Positions 9,897-16,351 are shown, counted from the first letter of the stretch. The stretch: 64,000 nt of DNA from Candidatus Gastranaerophilales bacterium (GCA_947624685.1 CANQLJ010000003.1:13067-77066), one strand, 5' to 3'. The notes: a model not told the origin generated them from the sequence alone. Numbers and translations are program-made.

Positions 9897-9945
9897 GTTA
9901 TTGTATAAAATGCTTTTTTATGATAAATTTCACTTGGAGGTTTTT

Positions 9946-10494
9946 ATGGGCAAAAAAAGTAAAGAACAAGTTATTGAGCAAGTGAAACAAGTGTTACACA
10001 ATATCGGTGATACTATCAAACAAGCAAGAATAAATAAAGAATTATCTATGTCCGACCTTGCAAAGCAATCTGGTATAAGTTCTAGTGTAATATCAGATTT
10101 AGAAAACTATAAAAATGTTATGCCGAGCATTCAAACACTCATGCTTATTGCAAATGCTCTTGAACTTCCAGAAGATACATTTATAAAAGAAGTTTGGGTT
10201 AATGTGGCTGAAAAGAACGCTAATAGAGACTCTTTGGCGATTGAAAAATTGAGATTGGCATTGGCTGAGTATGGCTTGCCTGCAATGTGCATGGAGAGAA
10301 TTATTGACCAAATTAACTACTATACCTCTCTTAATTACCTTGAGGGCAATTACAAGATAATTGACCTCATATATGAAAGCGAACTAAAGAACGGTACCAA
10401 TATGGAATATATAACACTTGACCCGTTGTTGATAGCTGAGGCGAAGAAAAATATCGACATAATAAGGAGCATTAAAGAAAAAACTTTAAAGTAA
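9946..10494 (+). CDS. XRE-family HTH regulator (repressor-like) with C-terminal domain
   Basis: ATG at 9946 is preceded by GGAGG (ttggaggtttttATG). The HTH_3 pattern LSMSDLAKQSGISSSVISDLENYKNVMPSIQTLMLIANAL is present. Divergent from xis-int. Confidence 0.75.
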   Translation: MGKKSKEQVIEQVKQVLHNIGDTIKQARINKELSMSDLAKQSGISSSVISDLENYKNVMPSIQTLMLIANALELPEDTFIKEVWVNVAEKNANRDSLAIEKLRLALAEYGLPAMCMERIIDQINYYTSLNYLEGNYKIIDLIYESELKNGTNMEYITLDPLLIAEAKKNIDIIRSIKEKTLK

Positions 10495-10688
10495 GAATAG
10501 CTTTGCAGAGAGCGATTGAGCTTTTTAATAATGTCTAAAGAATTTATAAATAATCTGACAGTCAAATATAACCTATTTTCAGCACAATGGAATTGGGGTA
10601 TAATGTAACTAAAAGTAAGACCACTACTAAATAACAGCCAAATTGTAAATATATGTAAATAAATATGTCTAATAATTAGATGATTTTG

Positions 10689-10717
10689 TTGACAAATACA
10701 AAATCCTATGCCATAAT
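10689..10717 (+). promoter_or_regulatory. Sigma-70-like promoter for the 10754-11860 operon
   Basis: TTGACA (10689..10694), 17-nt spacer, CATAAT (10712..10717). It sits 36 nt upstream of a GGAG-preceded ATG. Confidence 0.5.
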
Positions 10718-10753
10718 AGTTATGTAAGATACGAAAACAAAGGAGATAAAATT

Positions 10754-11032
10754 ATGGCAAACAAAGTTGAGTTAAATCTGGTTATTAAGAACCTAAAAGA
10801 CCTTTACACAAGAGAGGCTGAATTAAAAGAAGCTATCAGCAACCAAGAGGCTATTATTAAGGAATATTTAACGGATAATAACCTTGAAATTATTACCGTT
10901 GAAAACGGTACAGCAACATGGAAAACCGTTTATGGCAAAACTCTTGATATGAAAGCTTTTCGCCAAGAATATGAAAATATCTATCAATTATTTGCGGTTG
11001 AAAGAATTACAAGACGATTTAAGGTAGCCTAA
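10754..11032 (+). CDS. Hypothetical small coiled-coil protein of the island
   Basis: 92 aa, RBS aaggagataaaattATG. No motif recognised. Co-directional with and 22 nt upstream of the serine recombinase. Confidence 0.45.
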   Translation: MANKVELNLVIKNLKDLYTREAELKEAISNQEAIIKEYLTDNNLEIITVENGTATWKTVYGKTLDMKAFRQEYENIYQLFAVERITRRFKVA

Positions 11033-11054
11033 CGGCTACCTTTGGGGGTACAAT

Positions 11055-11801
11055 ATGAAATATTACAGTTATATTAGGAAATCAACTAGTAACCAAATTT
11101 TTGCCCGCCAGCTCCGTCAATTAACGGACTTTGCCAAACAAGACGGTATCCTCCCTCAAGATTATAAGCTGGATAATGACCTAGACAAGAATAAGAACAA
11201 TATCAAGGGGCTTAAAAAAGACAGCGAGTTGGGAAAATACATAACACTAGTGTTAGAATCACGAACAGGCACAGACCAGAGTAGACCAGCACTTCTCCGA
11301 CTTCTCGAAACCCTAAAATACGAGCGAACCAAAGAGGACGTCTGCTTGCTCCTCGTGGAATGTACGAGGCTCGGACGGAGCTACGAGGGAAACATGAAAC
11401 TGTTCCAAACCCTTAAAGACCATGATATAAAATTTGTAGTAACTACCATGCCTATTCTCGATACTAGGATTAAGCACAACAACCCAGCAACAGCACTTGT
11501 GAGCGATATTGTGCTTGCAGTATTTAACTGGTTAAGCGAGCAAGAACATACAACAACTCTTGAGCGTTGCAACGCTGGACGACAACAGGCAAAAGCAAGA
11601 GGGGTAAAATTCGGCAGAAAAAATATGACAGCCGACCAGCTCCCAGAGGAATTTATAAAAGTTATCAAGTCCGCAACAGGCTCAGAGACCGTAACAGCCT
11701 TATTGGATTCCGTAAACGGTAAATTAAATAGAGCTAACAAGCAACCTATAAGCCGAGCAACCTTCTATAATTATAAAAAGATATATAAGGATTCATTATA
11801 A
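11055..11801 (+). CDS. Small serine recombinase (resolvase/invertase family) with C-terminal HTH
   Basis: YSYIRKSTSNQ (catalytic Ser region), SRTGTDQSRPALLRLLETL, VECTRLGRS (the DRLGRS motif with Thr for Asp), C-terminal HTH ISRATFYNYKK. Visibly higher G+C than its surroundings. Confidence 0.8.
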   Translation: MKYYSYIRKSTSNQIFARQLRQLTDFAKQDGILPQDYKLDNDLDKNKNNIKGLKKDSELGKYITLVLESRTGTDQSRPALLRLLETLKYERTKEDVCLLLVECTRLGRSYEGNMKLFQTLKDHDIKFVVTTMPILDTRIKHNNPATALVSDIVLAVFNWLSEQEHTTTLERCNAGRQQAKARGVKFGRKNMTADQLPEEFIKVIKSATGSETVTALLDSVNGKLNRANKQPISRATFYNYKKIYKDSL

Positions 11802-11860
11802 TGGACTGGTTACTGTGGTTTATTATTGGCTGTATTTTGTTTGATGATGACGACGATTAG
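11801..11860 (+). CDS. Candidate 19-aa micro-ORF (MDWLLWFIIGCILFDDDDD), speculative
   Basis: Its ATG overlaps the recombinase stop codon (TAATG). The product has a hydrophobic core followed by five Asp. No independent support. Confidence 0.2.
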   Translation: MDWLLWFIIGCILFDDDDD

Positions 11861-11883
11861 CGACAATTCTCCGCTCGGGATTG

Positions 11884-11945
11884 AGGTGTGCGAAGTGAAG
11901 CTTGTCTTAGCGTAGCGAAGCACACCTGACAATTTAATTTTTTGT
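11884..11945 (+). terminator. Possible terminator / structured element after the recombinase operon
   Basis: 8-bp stem aggtgtgc (11884..11891) / gcacacct (11920..11927) with a large loop, followed by a T-rich tract from about 11936. Confidence 0.35.
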
Positions 11946-12179
11946 TTTTATTTCAGAAAATTAGTATCAAATGTAGTGGCGACACTGACATGCGACCTAT
12001 TACCATGCACCGCCTATATTGATAATAATATTGAGCTAACATGCCCGATTTTACTCTAACTTTCTTTAAAATACCTTAATTTTAATATTGGGTATAATGG
12101 GAATATTGAACTTAATATTTTTAGATAAAAACGATATTGAGTACAATATAGGATTCATAATAATTATGGGTAACAAATA

Positions 12180-12205
12180 ACGGAGATACTGTTTAGTGTC
12201 TCCGT
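12180..12205. terminator. Bidirectional hairpin between convergent island operons
   Basis: acggagatact-gttt-agtgtctccgt: 11-bp stem including one G-U pair, with A/T-rich runs on both sides. It lies 29 nt below the stop of the minus-strand 177-aa gene. Confidence 0.55.
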
Positions 12206-12233
12206 TATAATTAATTTATTAGCTTATATGGGC

Positions 12234-12767
12234 TTATTCTCTTATGATAGGGGGTTTTGTCTTTTCCTCGAATTTGCCCTCTGGTACTTCTTTTGACTTT
12301 TCGCCTGCACGCTTGAATTTCCCCTCGATTATATGTTCCTTTACTCCGTATATATTGCTATCACACGACATAAACTCTGGATTTTCCGCAAGTAAAAAGC
12401 TCATTTTCCTTGCTATTTGTATCGGTGTTGACGGCTGTGTTAATGCACTATTTATACACATATTCCCGACTTTGCCATAAATTTTCCAAGCCTCTATAAA
12501 ATCCGCCAGCTCTGTTCTTAGTAATAGCTTAACTTCTCTATATTTGCCATTTTCAAACGAGTAGTCTATCGGTTCAAGCTCTCCAGAGACCTTTTTAACC
12601 GCCAGAATAAGCTCATCAAACCAAGCTGACATATTGGTGTTATATCGTCTTTTCAAATATTCCAAAAAGTCATTAGATTCTTGACTAACAGTAAAAGAGA
12701 CCGTTTTCTTTTTTGATTTCAGTGAGGGCTGGAAGTCCAGCCCCTCGAATTTATTATCATTATTCAC
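12234..12767 (-). CDS. Island ORFan, 177 aa (N-terminal region RHH-like)
   Basis: Last gene of the minus-strand operon. KKTVSFTVSQESNDFLEYLKRRYNTNMSAWFDELI looks like a strand-helix-helix unit. The C-terminus is K/E-rich. Confidence 0.5.
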   Translation of the reverse strand: MNNDNKFEGLDFQPSLKSKKKTVSFTVSQESNDFLEYLKRRYNTNMSAWFDELILAVKKVSGELEPIDYSFENGKYREVKLLLRTELADFIEAWKIYGKVGNMCINSALTQPSTPIQIARKMSFLLAENPEFMSCDSNIYGVKEHIIEGKFKRAGEKSKEVPEGKFEEKTKPPIIRE

Positions 12768-12778
12768 TTATAGACCTC

Positions 12779-13099
12779 CTATTTAAACCAAGTGTAAGTG
12801 TCATCAAGCAACCAACTCACATATTCCCACGCTTTGAGAATTGCCCAGCTCCGTTGTTCAATGCGTTTTTGCAAGTCATTGCGGATTTTTCCAGCCACCT
12901 GTTGTTTGTCAAGCCCTTTATATCTGGAATAATCAAGTTTAGCAACTTCATTAGCACACTTGTACTGTCTCCAATAGATAAATTCGTTAATGTAGAGCGA
13001 GCAGACTTTATTTATTAATGTTTCATCGGGGGTTGTTTTAAAATCCTCCGACGAATTAAAAAAGTCTTTGTAAAAGTTTAAAGTTTTTTTATTAGACAT
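12779..13099 (-). CDS. Island ORFan, 106 aa
   Basis: W/Y-rich and no motif recognised. It overlaps the upstream gene by 22 nt, which suggests co-translation. Confidence 0.5.
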   Translation of the reverse strand: MSNKKTLNFYKDFFNSSEDFKTTPDETLINKVCSLYINEFIYWRQYKCANEVAKLDYSRYKGLDKQQVAGKIRNDLQKRIEQRSWAILKAWEYVSWLLDDTYTWFK

Positions 13100-13341
13100 T
13101 GTTTAATTTTCTCCTTTATACTATCGTCTATGTCGTTTCCAAGCCCACCGATTACCAGCCGTATAAATGATTGTTTAATGTTATCATTATTCGTCTTATA
13201 GTAAAGGAATAACGGCATGGTAACATTACTTATTGCCGTTAAAACGGCGGATTTAAGACTGTCATTAAGTCCAAGCCCTTTTATAGCTGTATTGGATTTA
13301 ATCCGCAACAGCCGAGCTTGTGCAATTTCAAGGTTATTCAT
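13078..13341 (-). CDS. Island ORFan, 87 aa
   Basis: The ATG at 13341 (MNNLEIAQ...) overlaps the stop of the upstream RHH gene (ATGAATAA). No motif recognised. Confidence 0.5.
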   Translation of the reverse strand: MNNLEIAQARLLRIKSNTAIKGLGLNDSLKSAVLTAISNVTMPLFLYYKTNNDNIKQSFIRLVIGGLGNDIDDSIKEKIKQCLIKKL

Positions 13342-13477
13342 GAGTTTTACCCCTCCATGCCTCAAGTAATTTAGTAAATACTGCCGATAAAGACACGCAG
13401 TGTCTCCTTTTGTACTCTTTTAACCAGTCCGCAAGCTCATGCGGTATGGTTAGAGTAATGTTTGAGTAATTTCTCAT
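13334..13477 (-). CDS. Ribbon-helix-helix (CopG/Arc-like) protein, 47 aa (below the ORF-track length cutoff)
   Basis: Hand translation: MRNYSNITLTIPHELADWLKEYKRRHCVSLSAVFTKLLEAWRGKTHE. A beta-strand ITLTIP is followed by two helices, and AGGAG sits 10 nt upstream of the ATG. Confidence 0.6.
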   Translation of the reverse strand: MRNYSNITLTIPHELADWLKEYKRRHCVSLSAVFTKLLEAWRGKTHE

Positions 13478-14006
13478 TAGATTTATTCTCCTAATTTAGT
13501 ACGGCTAAGTTTTTCACTTACCAAAGAAGAATTTAAACAACAGAATTAAAAAACAACATTTACGCAAATTACACATAAAAATTAGATGTTATAAAAAACA
13601 CCGTCCAGAATCCATTATATTGAGAGTTTGAAGCTCAAAAGGTAAGTTTATAAGAGACAGGAAAAACCTGCCTCTATGGAGCTGTAAACGGCTGGAGGGG
13701 TGATAGAGGGGTTATTTTACGCATAAAAATCAGCAAAATAAGTGTCTGATAGAAAATATTGAGAATTTTAAAAGCTCCAAGTGTTAATATTGACAACACA
13801 ATTAGAGGTCAGTCAAATTTTACAATGACAGCCTCCTCTGGGGGTGGGATTATGTATACAATTTGTAAAGCCCACTCAGAACTAACTCAAAGACTGCTAC
13901 ATGTGGCTGAAAAGTTTTAAATAAATGCCTTAGCGAGTTTTATACTTCTCTTGTATCGCTCTATCGGAATGTCTCAGCTATATTGTACTCCTAAGAACTA
14001 GTATTG

Positions 14007-14348
14007 TCAACTGTTTATATCCGTTAAATCCAGTAAATTACTTATGGTATCGTAAATTAAGCCCAACTGGATACGATTAGCTGTTTTAAGTAAAGAATTT
14101 ATTGATTCCAGAGTTTTTTCATCTCCTTCAACATCTCTATGTATGAAAAACTTATATAACTCAACATTTAAAACATTCGCAATTTTACTTAAAAGAGTTA
14201 AAGAAATTCTATCTTTGCCATTTTCACAATGACCTATAGTTGATACTTCACAGCCTACCAATTCGGCAAGTTGTTCTTGCGTGTAACCTGCACTACGTCT
14301 TAAATGCCTTAACCTTGCACCTATTGATTTATCAAGCAATGTACCCAT
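14007..14348 (-). CDS. XRE-family HTH regulator
   Basis: Start taken at the internal ATG 14348 (MGTLLDKSIGARLRHLRRSAGYTQEQLAELVGCEVSTIGHCENGKDRISLTLLSKIANVL), a classic HTH_3. Divergent from the 14435 gene. Confidence 0.75.
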   Translation of the reverse strand: MGTLLDKSIGARLRHLRRSAGYTQEQLAELVGCEVSTIGHCENGKDRISLTLLSKIANVLNVELYKFFIHRDVEGDEKTLESINSLLKTANRIQLGLIYDTISNLLDLTDINS

Positions 14349-14434
14349 ATTAGTATTATCCTCATAATTCACTGGTAATTTAATGAGATATATACTAATT
14401 TGCATGGGTATATTTTCCATGTTATACTTGTAGT

Positions 14435-14974
14435 ATGAAAAAACTACTAATAATCTTAATTACAATTATGGCGGTACTTCCAGCGACTGCAAGCCAGCCT
14501 TTTGAATACCGCACCGCTAAAAATGGATTTAAGTATATTTATCACCCTCATAATGAATCAAGTTATCAGCACGCCCATTGTTCAGCGTTAAACGGCATTG
14601 AAGAATACGAACTGTCTGACAAAACAAGGGTTGACTGTTTAACTGATGAATACGCTATTGAGTACGATTTTGCAAATAAAAAATACGAGGCGGTAGGTCA
14701 AGCCCTGCATTATGCTGTAATGACAGGTAAAAAGCCAAAAGTCGTGTTAATTCTTGATAAAAAATTTGAAAAAAAACAGCTCCGTTACTACGAGCGTATT
14801 AAGAAGGTTGGCGAAGTTTACGGGTTTGAAGTTGAATATATAACAGATGATATTTTAAATCTTAATGAAAAGAAAAAATGCCCTTATGCAGATTGTAAAT
14901 GCAACCGAGTAAAAGAGAAAAATTGTTACGGCATTGTTACTAAATATTTCAAAAGAGAGAAAAGTATTAAATAG
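14435..14974 (+). CDS. Signal-peptide protein of the island, possibly PD-(D/E)xK nuclease-like
   Basis: The N-terminus MKKLLIILITIMAVLPATAS looks like a Sec signal. RVDCLTDEYAIEYDFANKKYEAVGQALHYA has a D...E-x-D...K arrangement reminiscent of restriction-endonuclease-like folds. The C-terminus is Cys/Lys-rich. The fold call is weak. Confidence 0.35.
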   Translation: MKKLLIILITIMAVLPATASQPFEYRTAKNGFKYIYHPHNESSYQHAHCSALNGIEEYELSDKTRVDCLTDEYAIEYDFANKKYEAVGQALHYAVMTGKKPKVVLILDKKFEKKQLRYYERIKKVGEVYGFEVEYITDDILNLNEKKKCPYADCKCNRVKEKNCYGIVTKYFKREKSIK

Positions 14975-15055
14975 GTTAAATAAAAATTTCTCGTATTAAT
15001 TGCGTTTTGACAATTTAGTAAATCTGTTAAATTCATTAAAACCCTCTGGCACAAA

Positions 15056-15097
15056 CTTTCACGGTGTAGACAGCGATTCGAATTCGCTTGGGGGTAA
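15056..15097 (+). repeat. attR: 42-bp direct repeat identical to the tRNA-Glu 3' part
   Basis: Identical to 8263..8304. The flanking bases differ on both sides. Confidence 0.8.
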
Positions 15098-15309
15098 TTT
15101 ATATAAATAGAGGGTTTCGACCCTCTTTTTTATTATCATAAATTATATAAAAGACTCAAAAAAGAGTCCAAAAGGGGTCTTTTTTTAAAATATAAAAATA
15201 GCAAGACCTAAAAAAAGGTCTTTTTTGCTTGATTGATATATAAACCGAGGGCTTAGTCTATTTTTAATACGTTTTTAAAAAAAGACCCCCCAAAAAAAAT
15301 ATTGCAAAA

Positions 15310-15333
15310 TTTACCCCCGGCTCTTCGAATCGG
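15310..15333 (-). repeat. Inverted, degenerate copy of the tRNA-Glu 3' end
   Basis: The minus strand reads ccgattcgaagagccgggggtaaa, against cgattcgaattcgcttgggggtaaa in the tRNA. Confidence 0.45.
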
Positions 15334-15459
15334 TATATTTTTTTCTTTGAAAAAAATATACAGCGATTAGCGAGTGCATCCTTAGGCGTAAGTCTCGCTA
15401 TTACCTTTAAACAAAGCTCATTTATTATATTTTTTCACACGCTCAACAACGCCTAAGAA

Positions 15460-15476
15460 GAATTCGCTTGGGGGTA
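15460..15476 (+). repeat. Third, partial (17-bp) direct copy of the tRNA-Glu 3' end
   Basis: gaattcgcttgggggta is identical to the end of the tRNA. A 9-bp T-arm fragment, acagcgatt, lies at 15360..15368. Confidence 0.6.
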
Positions 15477-15705
15477 CCACTAAAAAAGACCTAAAAAAGG
15501 TCTTTTTTTTAAACATAAAAGAGGCATGTTTTGCCTCTTTTTATTATCATAAATTATATAAAAGAGGCATTTTGGCCTCTATTTTAGAGTTATTATAAAC
15601 TATACAAAAGCCCCCAAAAAAGCCTTTTTTAAAACATAAACAGAGGCGCTTTGGCCTCTTTTTTGCTGTGTTATAAATAGAGGGTTTAGGCTCTCTTTTG
15701 CCCAT

Positions 15706-15811
15706 ACCCCAAATCCCTCATCCGCCACAAACCCGCCAACGAAAGATAGAGAGCTTAATTTTAAATGCACACACCCCAAATCCCCCATCCGCCACAAACC
15801 TGCCAACGAAA
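15706..15811 (+). repeat. Two 39-bp G+C-rich direct repeats separated by 28 bp
   Basis: accccaaatccctcatccgccacaaacccgccaacgaaa at 15706..15744 and accccaaatcccccatccgccacaaacctgccaacgaaa at 15773..15811. There are 2 mismatches and the period is 67 bp. Confidence 0.7.
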
Positions 15812-15872
15812 TAAGCATGGAAAATAAAACCAAAATACTTATAACCTTATTTTATCCAAGCTCATCTTGAAT

Positions 15873-16217
15873 CTAATCATTTAAAATATCTATACCCGAT
15901 TGGGCTTGAAGCAAAAAACCATAGTAATATCTGATTTCTTTTTTAGATTTTGCGGAATTTAAAATTTGCAAGGATTTTAAATAATAAACATCATTGCTAA
16001 AAACGCTATTTTCCTGCGCAAGGCCGATGTCGTCGATTTTTAAATCCAAAATTTTTAAAATTTTGCTCAAAGTTTTATACGTCGGAAAATAAACTCCCGT
16101 TTCGATTTTTGAAACATGCTTTTCGTTAATTCCCGCAAGCTCGGCGAGTTTTGCTTGAGTTAATTTTTTCGCTTTTCTAACTTCTTTAATTTTTTGTCCA
16201 AAGCTATTTTTAGCCAT
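15873..16217 (-). CDS. XRE-family HTH regulator
   Basis: IKEVRKAKKLTQAKLAELAGINEKHVSKIETGVYFPTYKTLSKILKIL is an HTH_3 pattern. Divergent from the membrane-glycosyltransferase-like cluster. Confidence 0.75.
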   Translation of the reverse strand: MAKNSFGQKIKEVRKAKKLTQAKLAELAGINEKHVSKIETGVYFPTYKTLSKILKILDLKIDDIGLAQENSVFSNDVYYLKSLQILNSAKSKKEIRYYYGFLLQAQSGIDILND

Positions 16218-16351
16218 AAAACCCCTTGTTTATTGTAATCTAACCAAAATAACAGAATAAACAATGAATGATGATATTTTTGTATATAAATTCGTATACA
16301 ATAGGATAGTTTTGTGATAAGATTAATCGCAAAAAGGAGAATTCAAGAATA

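Larger units (their letters stand above)
8263..15097. mobile_element. Integrated genomic island / integrative element in tRNA-Glu (about 6.8 kb)
   Basis: Perfect 42-bp direct repeats at both ends (tRNA 3' part duplicated) and a tyrosine integrase directly next to the tRNA. It also carries an excisionase-like HTH, phage-type XRE regulators and a serine recombinase. The interior is visibly more G+C-rich than the flanks. Confidence 0.75.
15098..15870. repeat. Non-coding hairpin and repeat field with further tRNA-Glu 3' fragments
   Basis: At least seven short GC-stem hairpins followed by T runs, for example agaggg-tttcga-ccctct, aagacc-taaaaaaa-ggtctt (15203..15222 and 15486..15504) and agaggc-N-gcctct types. 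A 28-bp repeat tttttattatcataaattatataaaaga occurs at 15127..15154 and 15538..15565. No convincing ORF. Confidence 0.6.

Noticed and set aside
8417-14974. Looked for a retron, reverse transcriptase, CBASS cyclase, Abi, restriction-modification or classic toxin-antitoxin signatures among island genes.
   Set aside because: I recognised no YxDD reverse-transcriptase motif, no methyltransferase motifs, no P-loop/helicase or cyclase motifs, and no known toxin folds. I therefore do not name a defence system, and the cargo stays functionally unassigned.
15311-15476. tRNA-like fold: acccccg (15313..15319) can pair with tgggggt (15469..15475) like an acceptor stem. A TTCGAAT box, a long A/T hairpin and a split T-arm lie in between, suggesting a pseudo-tRNA with an insertion of about 90 nt in the T-loop.
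   Set aside because: There is no credible D-arm. The putative anticodon stem is 12 bp of pure A/T with a 5-nt loop, and T-loop introns are not known in bacteria. The pieces are better explained as inverted and direct att-site fragments.
15706-15811. Calling the two 39-bp repeats a CRISPR array.
   Set aside because: There are only two copies, they carry two mismatches, and the spacer is short (28 bp). The repeat has no palindromic core, and there are no cas genes or leader in the window. Kept as an unexplained repeat instead.
15600-15833. 77-aa minus-strand ORF across the 39-bp repeats.
   Set aside because: It has no RBS. Its apparent internal protein repeat is simply the translated DNA repeat, and the region is otherwise a hairpin field. 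Treated as non-coding.
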